Shown: positions 49,450-59,134 of the stretch, in pieces | Layout: every line of letters begins with the position of its first letter | How positions within the stretch are numbered: position 1 is the first letter of the stretch | Virus record (IMG/VR): IMGVR_UViG_3300030673_000004 | Coordinates: 310,001 to 374,000 of that record | Reading direction: 5' to 3' (one strand) | DNA: 64,000 bases | The notes under the pieces: model-generated | What the model was told of the DNA's origin: nothing | The model's input: the letters and a program-made list of their open reading frames with translations, nothing else | Database searches by the model: none | Translations under genes and position numbers: made by a program

Positions 49450-52400
49450 TGCCACGTACATCTAAATTTGATAAATACACGCAGGGCCGTCTACGCATCC
49501 TACAAAATGCAGATTTGGATGAACGAGAAGCCCTGCAAAGAACAGTTGATCTAGTAAACGCTAGGTACAATAAAGCTATTCTGCTTGCTCGTGGCATGGC
49601 AGAGAGACAAGAGAGTGCCTTCAGAGGACAAGCGGAATTGCATGGTGGGATTGTTGCACAACTAGCAGCACATACCAGTATGATGCCACCGAGCAACTTG
49701 GAAGGAACTAGTTGGGTATCACGAGGTAAAGGACAAGGTGCTGCGCCTAGTCATCCCTCAAGAGCTAATGAAGCAGCACAAGAAGCTGCAGAGACACCGC
49801 CGAGTACTCCAGCAGAAGCTACATCAGCACTTACACCGATAGTAGCTACAGAGATCGCCACAGATCCAATATCACTATCAGATGATACTGATGACAGTTA
49901 CACGTCACCACAACCGGAACGCCGTCGTAAAGGCTTTACAGCTACTGAGATGCATGCTGTTCATGACGCTACAACAGAGCCTGGCACGGCAGGCATGTCT
50001 TCTGAACTACTCGCATCAACACCCTTGAATAATATCCTAGGTGATCCTGGTGAAAAGTTCGTTGCTCTTGGCTTTCAAGCCGGTAGAGCACCGTACTTCG
50101 GTGGCTATGGACCGGGCACAGGTGATCAGCTAGGATTCTACATAGGAAACCAGTTCACAGATGGAAACTCTACTGTAACAGGTATCACAGAAGAAGATAG
50201 ACAAGCACTAAAATTCGTAATACGAAAAATAGTTGGCGCAGGCTGCATCCGTATTGACGGTCTAACACAGCATCTGTTACCAAACAACATAGTTCAGCAA
50301 GCCCGCGATCTTGAGGCAGATAGAACCGTTACATGGGTACTTCCACTAAGTATCTATGGTACTGTACATGACGGGGCAGGATACGCTGCTGGTATTTATG
50401 TTGGATGCTACACTAAACTAATTGGAACACAACAAACACATACCTTTGAAACACAGTGGATTATTGGTTTCTGGGGTGCTGTTGGGATGTCTGCCCAAGA
50501 AATTGATGTAGCAAGCATGAAGCAGTTCGATCTATCATCTGATAGTATCCTCACTGCAATTGGCTATTCTTGTTTGAGGAACCTAATTAATCACCAAAAT
50601 CCTACAATAGAATTACGCGAGTTATCCTTACGAACAGGTATTCATGACGCATCTCATCCAAATGAGATGATCAAGACACCTACCGGAAACTTCATTGTAG
50701 TCAAAAGCACTGATCGTAGAAATGAATTTCCTGGGTATGCAACTACAGGTGTTCTCCCTGATGACTTAAAGGATGTACCACAGCCTACACGAACAAACAT
50801 GCGAGGACGCATTGTCTTTGTAGACTGGTCACGCAAGATGATCCACTACTATACAGAGAGTGGAAAACTACATGTAAAGCTATTTGGTACTGGAACAGAA
50901 GTCAGCAACTACGACTACGAACAACTGTACCAACACCCAGTAAGATTATTCAAGAGTGATATTGAAGCAGCTATTCAGCTTGTTTCCGATCTACGCAGAT
51001 TAGGTAAGCCAGTACCACCAGAAGCACGAACGGCCTTCCTAAACCACCCATGGGATGAACACCTTGATGGATTCACTTCTGCAATCCATGGTGGAGGTCT
51101 TACACCTAGAACACAGTACGATGAATTAGCTGCAGAGCTCGCACCGCTAGCGGAAGACCCCGTACTCTGTCTTACGTTAGAAAACCTTGTAGCCAGTTAC
51201 AAAGGTGATCAAACTCTCTACAATTTAGCTCAGAGCTACTATGATGTAGTCTCCTTTGATATGGCGCATGCCCTTGTAAATGGTTACTCGTTCACAGGTA
51301 CTAATAGCGATACAGCATCATTTGATGATGTAGCAGATCCACGCTCAAATGAACAACGCATGCGCACGCCTTTACTAGGTGTACTTTTACATCTAGTAAA
51401 CAAGCCGAGCTTGCCTACAATGGAACAAGTTCAACAGCGCTTCAAAGAAGAGCACGAGCGTATGCAGAACCCTGACATGAATTTCATTATTCATGGTATA
51501 GGTAAGTATTTGAACCAAGCGGGCATTGCCGAGATATATAAACTCAAGCCTCACCAGGTCCGTGTCTTAGGCATGCTTCTACCACTTGATAAAGGTATCA
51601 TTGACGTAGATATGGGTGGTGGAAAGTCTATCATCGCGATCCTTAAGATCATCAGCATGATAGAAAAACTGAAGGCTGAAGGAAAGAGACCACGACCTGT
51701 CGTAGTTGTACCAAATGCCCTGGTACCAACATTCTATCGTGAAATCAAAAAATTCACACGCACAGATCCATCAGACGCATCGTCGGCTACAACACTGAAT
51801 GTAGTCACACTGCAGAATAGCTCAACGTTGAAGCGCATGAACCGCGATGCTATGATCGCAGCAGCACAGCATGCCCCAGATAATACCATATTCATTGCTT
51901 CCTACTCCTGGCTAGCTGGTGACCGCACATCTATCCACACAGGTGAATACATCACAGGAGCTCGTGGAAAGAAAGAACCTAGAGTAGAATATAGATTCAA
52001 TAGAGTAGAAGACTTGCTTGATCGTATCGGCATCAACATAGTATTCTTAGACGAGTGTCATAAGATCAAAGCCAATGGTCGTATGAATGGTGACTTTATT
52101 CATAAAGCTGCCATGGCACTCTCTAGAGCCCCGCATAGATTTGAAATGACAGGCACATTCATATCCAGAACACCTTTTGATATCTTCAACCAAGTCAAAT
52201 TTATTGATCCAACTATTCTAGGATCCCTTCAGCAGTTCAAGGATGAGTTCACAGAGAATGATGGTCGCACCTGGGATAGCGATAGTCTAAAAAGACTCAG
52301 AAGCCATCTGATCAACCGAGGTATCATCACAGTCAGACGTGAAGAGTGGTTGTACCTCATGCCTGAAAAGCGTGAGCACTTCCATTTTGTAGACTTCCAG

Positions 52401-55064
52401 CGGGAGGCTCCTATTGTGTACAAACTGTACACAAGCCTCTGGACATCAACCTTGTCTGAATTTCCGCAAGAGCTAAATCAGCTTCTTGAGGGGGGTACAC
52501 TCCTGGGTGGTACTGATAGTGACAGCGATCTTGAAGTAAATAGCGACATAATAAATCTCAATGATGCGGAAACAGAAGAACAAGAAAGCAACGCTCTTAC
52601 AGCATTAGAGCAGGCCCAACATGTTGCTGCGGATCAAATCAGGACAGTGCGCAATAGTAAAGTAGCCGGTAGAATGATGGCACTTCGGGCGCTCATATCA
52701 GCACCTGAGAAGTTTCCCATGTTTACAGCTATTGCTGATAAGATGCGTAACGTTGTTGACTTTAATATCGCTGACCTAAAAAAGGGTCCTAAAGATAGCA
52801 CTGTTCTCAAAATCATTGAAGAGCACTTCAGAGCTACAGGCGGTACTTATGTAAAACCATCGGAACAAGTAGGCCCGGAAGAAGACAAAGTTGGCAAAAT
52901 AATCATTTTCTCAGACAGAGCACTGATCGCACGACACTTTGAAAATCTGCTCAGAGAACATTATGGCAACGGTGTCTGCTATTATGATAGCGCTCATAGA
53001 CAGTACCTAGATGACTTCTCAGATCCAGACAAAGAAGAACCCTTTATCCTTTGTGCTGTAGAGAACTCAATCAAAGAAGGCGTCAATCTCCAGTCTGCCA
53101 GCAGAATCATCCGCCTGACAGTGCCTTGGACTACCGGCGACTACGATCAATCGTGCGCCCGTGCTTTCCGAACAGGCCAGAAGAAGCGTGTTGATATTGA
53201 TAATGTTATCTGTGAAATGAGCTTTGAGCCTGCTATGCTAGCTCGCCTTATCACACGAGAGAATACAAATAAAAAAGTATCATCAAACTACAATAATTCG
53301 TTTGACATACCTGAAATAACAGTCAACCTCAAAACAGCAAGTCCCGAGGGTGAAGAATCTATCATGTCCAAGCGGGATCTGGAAAACTTCCATGGATCCG
53401 CAGCCAGTGACAGAATCAACCTACTGAACATACATGATAGCATATACACCTACGAGAAACAAGAATCGCGCTTGTGGAAAGTGGCTTATCTTACCAAGTT
53501 GACAGACAATGAAGAGCTTGCGCACAGCCAACCAGATAAGTACATAACAAGAGAAACGGATAGAACAAATCTTGTGTATAAAACCATAGGTGTTAGAGCA
53601 GTACCTGAGGGTACTACTGCTGATAGACTACCTGTGAATGTACCAGCTATCGCTAACATGCATATTCTAGGTGTACCCCTTAAAGTTATCACAAGAGGTA
53701 CACAGTTACGTGCTGTCCTATACACGCCAGACCCAAATAAACCAGGACAACTGGCACTAAGCACTACTCCAATGTACCAGCTAGATGAGTCTAATGATAG
53801 ACTAGCTGAAGGATCCGTTGCAGACAGCACAAAATCATATGAACCTTGGCCTACTACAGGCATACGTCCGGATGAGATGGCTAAAACATCGGACATTGAA
53901 ACAGAGGATGACGAGAGCACAGAGGATCTCTTAACACCAGAAGAGAAGATGGAGAAGCGTATCGGTACAGCTATTGATGAAGCAGCAGATCTAAATCTAG
54001 ATCCAAGATTCACCAAGAGCCTAAAAGATTCCCCCAATGCAAAAGCCATCAAAACAAACCTGGTAAAAGTTGTTAAGAAAGCAGCACTCAACGGAGAATC
54101 TAATCCCCTCTTCCATAAATCCAAAGCCATGGGACATCTATTCCAAGCAGCCACCGGCTTGAATTTAGATCAAAAGAGACCTGCCAACATTGTAGATGCT
54201 CAAATAAAACAAGCATCTCGGTTCGTTCGTCATAACATGGCCATGGAGCATGCTGAGTATAGCATTAAGCATCCAGAAGTAGCTGAAGGTAGACCACCGA
54301 AGTCACCAGCTATCACAGAAGTACCCAGTTCGCCGGATGCGGCGGATAGACAATCCCTGCGTGTTGCTCTAGGAATGAGTACACAGCAAAATACTGAAGT
54401 AGCTGTGCTTGCCGTTGACTTTGGCGTAAGTAATCCCCTAGCTAATGACTTCTATAAAGTAGCGCAAACAGGGCGCTTCGGACGTTGGTCCTTGATGAAC
54501 CGTACAATCTACAGACAAATAAAGTCTACCCAGGACTTAGCTAATCTGCAAGAGAGTATGGAGGATCGTGGGATGAAGTTCAACTTTGATGATGCCGCCC
54601 GCAATCGTAATACTTTACAACAACTACTGAACACATTACCATTTGAAGAAGCAGACGACGATGCGGTTGGACTACTAAATAGCCATGCATATGCGTCTGT
54701 TGATGATGACGATACAGACAATGAAGAAGAAAACATAGAAAGTATTAATGACTGGGCGTACATGGCTTTGGATCGCAAAGTCATACTGTATGTCATGGAT
54801 ACCCCTGCAACAGCACAGTTCATTAGACCCTTACTTGGGTTAGGCTTCAAGCGTGCTGCCCGGCTACTTCTGCATTTCACAAGTAAAACAGACCTACCAC
54901 GGGTCATACGTAAGATAGAAGAATCCGGATTTGATCTTCGTAGTAGAGATGCCTTGAATGCACGAGCCATGAGAATACTAAAAACAAGACTAGAAGATCC
55001 ATACCACAGCGAACTTCCTGAAGAGCAGATAGCAGAGACAGGAGACGAAGCAACCTCTGAGTAG
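49449..55064 (+). CDS. Large SNF2-family (SF2) helicase/ATPase with long N- and C-terminal extensions
   Basis: Q-motif LKPHQ; motif I DVDMGGGKS; Ia VVVPNAL; II LDECHKIK; III MTGT; V EGVNLQSA; VI QSCARAFRTGQ. Confidence 0.9.
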   Translation: MPRTSKFDKYTQGRLRILQNADLDEREALQRTVDLVNARYNKAILLARGMAERQESAFRGQAELHGGIVAQLAAHTSMMPPSNLEGTSWVSRGKGQGAAPSHPSRANEAAQEAAETPPSTPAEATSALTPIVATEIATDPISLSDDTDDSYTSPQPERRRKGFTATEMHAVHDATTEPGTAGMSSELLASTPLNNILGDPGEKFVALGFQAGRAPYFGGYGPGTGDQLGFYIGNQFTDGNSTVTGITEEDRQALKFVIRKIVGAGCIRIDGLTQHLLPNNIVQQARDLEADRTVTWVLPLSIYGTVHDGAGYAAGIYVGCYTKLIGTQQTHTFETQWIIGFWGAVGMSAQEIDVASMKQFDLSSDSILTAIGYSCLRNLINHQNPTIELRELSLRTGIHDASHPNEMIKTPTGNFIVVKSTDRRNEFPGYATTGVLPDDLKDVPQPTRTNMRGRIVFVDWSRKMIHYYTESGKLHVKLFGTGTEVSNYDYEQLYQHPVRLFKSDIEAAIQLVSDLRRLGKPVPPEARTAFLNHPWDEHLDGFTSAIHGGGLTPRTQYDELAAELAPLAEDPVLCLTLENLVASYKGDQTLYNLAQSYYDVVSFDMAHALVNGYSFTGTNSDTASFDDVADPRSNEQRMRTPLLGVLLHLVNKPSLPTMEQVQQRFKEEHERMQNPDMNFIIHGIGKYLNQAGIAEIYKLKPHQVRVLGMLLPLDKGIIDVDMGGGKSIIAILKIISMIEKLKAEGKRPRPVVVVPNALVPTFYREIKKFTRTDPSDASSATTLNVVTLQNSSTLKRMNRDAMIAAAQHAPDNTIFIASYSWLAGDRTSIHTGEYITGARGKKEPRVEYRFNRVEDLLDRIGINIVFLDECHKIKANGRMNGDFIHKAAMALSRAPHRFEMTGTFISRTPFDIFNQVKFIDPTILGSLQQFKDEFTENDGRTWDSDSLKRLRSHLINRGIITVRREEWLYLMPEKREHFHFVDFQREAPIVYKLYTSLWTSTLSEFPQELNQLLEGGTLLGGTDSDSDLEVNSDIINLNDAETEEQESNALTALEQAQHVAADQIRTVRNSKVAGRMMALRALISAPEKFPMFTAIADKMRNVVDFNIADLKKGPKDSTVLKIIEEHFRATGGTYVKPSEQVGPEEDKVGKIIIFSDRALIARHFENLLREHYGNGVCYYDSAHRQYLDDFSDPDKEEPFILCAVENSIKEGVNLQSASRIIRLTVPWTTGDYDQSCARAFRTGQKKRVDIDNVICEMSFEPAMLARLITRENTNKKVSSNYNNSFDIPEITVNLKTASPEGEESIMSKRDLENFHGSAASDRINLLNIHDSIYTYEKQESRLWKVAYLTKLTDNEELAHSQPDKYITRETDRTNLVYKTIGVRAVPEGTTADRLPVNVPAIANMHILGVPLKVITRGTQLRAVLYTPDPNKPGQLALSTTPMYQLDESNDRLAEGSVADSTKSYEPWPTTGIRPDEMAKTSDIETEDDESTEDLLTPEEKMEKRIGTAIDEAADLNLDPRFTKSLKDSPNAKAIKTNLVKVVKKAALNGESNPLFHKSKAMGHLFQAATGLNLDQKRPANIVDAQIKQASRFVRHNMAMEHAEYSIKHPEVAEGRPPKSPAITEVPSSPDAADRQSLRVALGMSTQQNTEVAVLAVDFGVSNPLANDFYKVAQTGRFGRWSLMNRTIYRQIKSTQDLANLQESMEDRGMKFNFDDAARNRNTLQQLLNTLPFEEADDDAVGLLNSHAYASVDDDDTDNEEENIESINDWAYMALDRKVILYVMDTPATAQFIRPLLGLGFKRAARLLLHFTSKTDLPRVIRKIEESGFDLRSRDALNARAMRILKTRLEDPYHSELPEEQIAETGDEATSE

Positions 55065-55079
55065 CATAGGAGGTTCTTC

Positions 55080-55514
55080 TTGAAGCCTGTCGGTATAACT
55101 GCCAAGATCATTCCAGATAAACGCACCAACCGATTCGCCCAAGAAATCTTTAATAAACAAATAGAACTAACTCCTATCCATGTTTCGTCTATTAGACAGA
55201 ACGATCTTTTGGAATTAGCAGTAGATCATTGGTTAGATTATAGAGCTACTTTACCAAAAGAACATCGAGAGCAGTGGAGTATTCAATCTGAATTTCAACA
55301 AAGAATACAGGTTAATTACTTACGCCACTGTAAGTCTAATTATGACAAGCTACGATATACTTTTGCAAATAAGCAATTACGTAAAGTAACTGTCAGAACA
55401 TTACATAGGATACTTAAAGAAACTGTATTAAAGAAAATTGAACAGCAGTACCCGGAACTACGTGAAGAAGTTCATAGACAGCTTGTAGAAAATAAGAAAA
55501 AGAATAAACGATAA
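55080..55514 (+). CDS. Hypothetical protein (NYLRH..S.YD motif, weak DUF2293-like resemblance)
   Basis: TTG start with a strong SD AGGAGG at 55068-55073. Confidence 0.65.
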   Translation: MKPVGITAKIIPDKRTNRFAQEIFNKQIELTPIHVSSIRQNDLLELAVDHWLDYRATLPKEHREQWSIQSEFQQRIQVNYLRHCKSNYDKLRYTFANKQLRKVTVRTLHRILKETVLKKIEQQYPELREEVHRQLVENKKKNKR

Positions 55515-55588
55515 GCACAACTTCTCTATGGCGAAAGCCTTTACTTAACCGTACTTAACGACTTCACAGCAAAATCAAGGACTTAACC

Positions 55589-56428
55589 ATGGCTACTCGT
55601 AAGAAAACCGCAGCTACTACTGTTGCCGTAGATACTGAAACATCAGTTATCGCAGCAGAACCTAAAGTAAGAAAAGCAGCACCGCGTGCTCGCGTATCTC
55701 GTGCCGAGAAGAAGCGTGCTGAATTCAGTGACAAGATCGAAGCTCGCAATCTCGCTATTGACTTCTTAGAACAGAATCCATCAAGCTTGTCTTTTGACTT
55801 CCTTGTCGAGAATCAACTTCCGATGTATGTCAAGAACAATCTGAAGGTACCGGGCAAGATTGTATTCACTATTAAGAACAGCGATGGCAAGTATGTCAAG
55901 CTTGAAATTGCAAACTGTTCTATTCCACAGCGTTTGGATGACTTACTCACCTGGGGTGCTTTGGCTAACGCCCACTCGCTGAAGGACTCCCTACGTCAAG
56001 GTATCATCCTACTGTGTTCGCCTAAGGATGCAGAGCGTGAACTTCAGTCCGACTACGCAAAGCGCAAGACGGCAGAACTTAATCGTTCTAAGTTTGCCAA
56101 CTTAGGTGGTAGCTTTAACAGCATGATGGAGACAAACATATCAGGTGCTCAAGGCATTGATGATGCTCTGTCCACATATGCCATCAAGAAGATGGATGTT
56201 ACTGCCGTTAATGCAAGCACAGCTACAAATAAGATGGAAGCTATTGTCAATCGCTTCTTGGATGGATCCCATACTGAAGAAGATACCATCACGGAAGTCT
56301 TGGATAATTCGCGTATCTTTGCCCCCTCGGACTGGCATCTCCTAATCAGCAAGGTTCAGGGCAAGTCTCAGAGCTTGGTGAACTTGGCGAAACAGCAACT
56401 CACTGTTGCCAGCAGCATCAACAGCTAA
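55589..56428 (+). CDS. Hypothetical protein with a basic N-terminus
   Basis: SD AAGGA. Followed by a terminator. Confidence 0.75.
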   Translation: MATRKKTAATTVAVDTETSVIAAEPKVRKAAPRARVSRAEKKRAEFSDKIEARNLAIDFLEQNPSSLSFDFLVENQLPMYVKNNLKVPGKIVFTIKNSDGKYVKLEIANCSIPQRLDDLLTWGALANAHSLKDSLRQGIILLCSPKDAERELQSDYAKRKTAELNRSKFANLGGSFNSMMETNISGAQGIDDALSTYAIKKMDVTAVNASTATNKMEAIVNRFLDGSHTEEDTITEVLDNSRIFAPSDWHLLISKVQGKSQSLVNLAKQQLTVASSINS

Positions 56429-56460
56429 GATAACCAGACTTAACTTAACTAAACACGACT

Positions 56461-56496
56461 AGTGGCAAGAGTACCCCGCTCTTGCCACTTCTTTTT
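56461..56496 (+). terminator. Intrinsic terminator
   Basis: 11-bp stem agtggcaagag / ctcttgccact followed by tcttttt. Confidence 0.8.
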
Positions 56497-56505
56497 AGGT
56501 AAACT

Positions 56506-57477
56506 ATGGGACTACTAAACTACAACACATACTTTGATGATACATCATTATCAAACAGCACAGCAGTCCTAGGCGAACGCTATGATGGCTGGGTCATCAC
56601 GTGTGAATTATGGGAATCCTTAGGCATTGGCATCGTATTACCGATTAACCCAGAACACTTGAATATCAATATACCTATCCGAGGCCACGCATATGAAGCA
56701 GCTTTTGGAAAAGCTATAGCTTACAGTTTGAATAAACGACGTAATACATATTATGATCCGTTTAACTTACAACTAACATTCAATACCGGATACATTATAC
56801 CTAAATGGTCTACTTCAGCAGTAGCTGTTCAAGAAACAGCGTCATCCTCGTCCACGCTAAATAAAGATGGCACGATAACACAAACTAAAAGTCAATCTGT
56901 TTGGGAAGCTACAGCAAACAAAAGAGTAGTACCCCAGAGTTCAGCACAAAACGTTACCAATAGTGCTTATGCTGCAAGTCGCCAAAACGATATAATGACA
57001 TATTTCACAGGCATAAACTCTAAGACACGGGTGACGCCTAAAGATCTAGGTGTGCCCTTAGATTTGTATGATACGTATGTTCCGATTGGAACTCAGAATC
57101 TCTATGCTTTAATGTCTCTGCTAGATGGAGCTAAAACGTGGCGACCTAATTTGGATTATACTGAAGAATTCGCTATGGCAGCACCAAACAGGATTAAAGT
57201 ATATGCTAATAGCTTAGTGTTTCCAGCCATGACTTTCTACTGCCAAGCACAGGAACAAGGTATAAGCTGGGCAGAATCCGCTGAGACGCCAACATGTTTT
57301 GATGTAACTCTAAATCTACTCTGCACCCTAACTGATCCTCAAATCGGACGAGGTCAATTAGACTCACTGATCAGTCAGTATAAAAAGAACTTTACAATTG
57401 GTACTCTTGCTAGGTTCTCAGCTAAGAACAAGACAAGTACCGGAAGTGGAACAATAGCTGATGGCACAGAGTTCTAG
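56506..57477 (+). CDS. Putative tail tube-initiator/baseplate hub protein, paralog of the next gene
   Basis: WVITC..W..LG..IVLPINP and NRI...AN...FP are shared with 57461..59008. The LPINP motif is typical of tube-like baseplate proteins. Confidence 0.45.
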   Translation: MGLLNYNTYFDDTSLSNSTAVLGERYDGWVITCELWESLGIGIVLPINPEHLNINIPIRGHAYEAAFGKAIAYSLNKRRNTYYDPFNLQLTFNTGYIIPKWSTSAVAVQETASSSSTLNKDGTITQTKSQSVWEATANKRVVPQSSAQNVTNSAYAASRQNDIMTYFTGINSKTRVTPKDLGVPLDLYDTYVPIGTQNLYALMSLLDGAKTWRPNLDYTEEFAMAAPNRIKVYANSLVFPAMTFYCQAQEQGISWAESAETPTCFDVTLNLLCTLTDPQIGRGQLDSLISQYKKNFTIGTLARFSAKNKTSTGSGTIADGTEF

Positions 57478-59008
57478 TACAAATTCAGATAAAATTGATG
57501 TAGCACAATCAATAACAAGCTCAAACAACTTTGAAACTAGATATAATCCTTGGGTTATAACATGCTCCCGCTGGCATGACCTAGGTTTCTATATTGTATT
57601 ACCCATCAACCCCGCAGATATATCATGGAATATACCGTTAAAGATCGCCACAGAACAAACAAAGCATACAACCGTATCGTATATATGGCGTAACAACTAT
57701 ATAAATGTATCAAGCGATGGTAGTATGCTCTCAGAAGAATCACTGCTACAAGACTTTAATATAACTCTAGCGTTTAACTCCGCAGATATCGCACCAAGAG
57801 TCACAGCAGACACGATTAAAGGATGGAAAAACGGAACAGACCCGAATGCAGCTAATAACTATGTAATTGACCCAGACAGCAAAGCAAGTGATCTTATTAC
57901 ATTTAATAAGTATGGTGCTATGGACAATCCTGTTGCAGCACTGCAAGCTAATCATTGGGATTCTCTTGGGTACGCATCAGACTATGATCTAACAGCGCCC
58001 TTGGGCATTCAGAATTTCTATAGGTTTCTATCACTATTAGATGAACCTAAAACATATGTAGCTAGGAATGACAACCCAAAAACATATCAAAATGCAATAC
58101 CTACAAGAACTAACAGAATAACACTTGTAGCTAATACACCAGCATTTCCAACACTATTACTCTATGGTAGTATTGAGCCCTCGGGTGTATCATGGGAAGA
58201 AAGTGTTGAGCATCCAAACTCCTTTGATGTAACCTTCACAATGGTTGTCACAGAAGTAGCACCTCGCATGGGTGTACGCAAATTCTCAGATATGCTAGCA
58301 TCCTACAAGACAGCAGCTAATACAACATGGGATACACGTAATCAGTTAGAACAAGCTTATTACAACGGCCTAATCAAAGTCAGCCTCACAGCAGTTACAG
58401 ATGACACAACAGGAAAGACAACAGATTTGTCTACACCGTCAGCTACAGCAGGTAATGGGGCTACAGGAACAGCCGTAGCACAAACAGAAGCTGACCAAGC
58501 CACAGCAGAGGCAGCCAGTGCTGACGGTACAGAAGACGCAGCCACAGAAACAACGGAGCCAGATCTCACAAAATTCGACACATCGGGCATGACAGCAGCA
58601 GAATTAGCAGATTTGAAGAACGCAGTAGCTACAGGAGCTACTCCAACAACAGAAGCAGCACAAACAGCAATGGCTGAAGAAAATATAGCAGTAGCTAAAA
58701 CAGCAACAGCAGATGCCCTAGGGACTGATCTACTAACTACAGATACCGCCTATACTAAAGCGCAGCAAGCTAAAAACAATAGCTACACTACGGCACAACT
58801 CATGCAAATTGCATCCTACGCAACTGTATCAGGAACTGCTCTTCAAAACCAAGTAGCTCTTGCACTCGCTGAAAACCCGAATTTAACCAATAGCCAAAAA
58901 ATATCAGCTATATCAAATATTAGAAACACCATAAAATCGAGTAATACAACACAAACAGCATCAGCTAAGATCCCCGGTGCTACTCGTAAAGGATCTAAAT
59001 CATCATAG
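57461..59008 (+). CDS. Putative tail tube-initiator/baseplate hub protein with an Ala/Thr-rich C-terminal extension
   Basis: Paralog of 56506..57477 over ~300 aa. Confidence 0.45.
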   Translation: MAQSSSTNSDKIDVAQSITSSNNFETRYNPWVITCSRWHDLGFYIVLPINPADISWNIPLKIATEQTKHTTVSYIWRNNYINVSSDGSMLSEESLLQDFNITLAFNSADIAPRVTADTIKGWKNGTDPNAANNYVIDPDSKASDLITFNKYGAMDNPVAALQANHWDSLGYASDYDLTAPLGIQNFYRFLSLLDEPKTYVARNDNPKTYQNAIPTRTNRITLVANTPAFPTLLLYGSIEPSGVSWEESVEHPNSFDVTFTMVVTEVAPRMGVRKFSDMLASYKTAANTTWDTRNQLEQAYYNGLIKVSLTAVTDDTTGKTTDLSTPSATAGNGATGTAVAQTEADQATAEAASADGTEDAATETTEPDLTKFDTSGMTAAELADLKNAVATGATPTTEAAQTAMAEENIAVAKTATADALGTDLLTTDTAYTKAQQAKNNSYTTAQLMQIASYATVSGTALQNQVALALAENPNLTNSQKISAISNIRNTIKSSNTTQTASAKIPGATRKGSKSS

Positions 59009-59084
59009 TGGGCCAGGTGGGGGTCGAACCCACATGTTACCATTACCATTTCAGCGACGTATAAGATCGAGTGGATACTGGCCT
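59009..59084 (-). tRNA. Atypical tRNA-like RNA (anticodon loop CU-UAU-AC, Ile-UAU-like) lacking a D-arm
   Basis: Acceptor AGGCCAG/CUGGCCC, T-arm GUGGG-UUCGACC-CCCAC, 4-bp anticodon stem. Only 7 nt lie between the acceptor and anticodon arms, the variable region is 20 nt, and the 3' end reads A-CUA rather than A-CCA. Confidence 0.5.
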
Positions 59085-59091
59085 ACTCAGG

Positions 59092-59120
59092 AATTTACAC
59101 GAATATCGACGCAGATTCAA
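59092..59120 (-). promoter_or_regulatory. Sigma70-like promoter TTGAAT-N17-TAAATT for the tRNA-like element
   Basis: Minus strand reads TTGAAT ctgcgtcgatattcgtg TAAATT, ending 8 nt upstream of the tRNA-like 5' end. Confidence 0.55.
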
Positions 59121-59134
59121 GGTAAATTTCTTCT

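Noticed and set aside
55530-55548. ggc-gaaa-gcc mini-hairpin as a terminator
   Set aside because: Only a 3-bp stem and a short U-run, which is too weak to support.
59009-59045. attP/attR formed by a tRNA 3' half
   Set aside because: No integrase or second copy in the window. The element retains both acceptor strands, an anticodon arm and a promoter.
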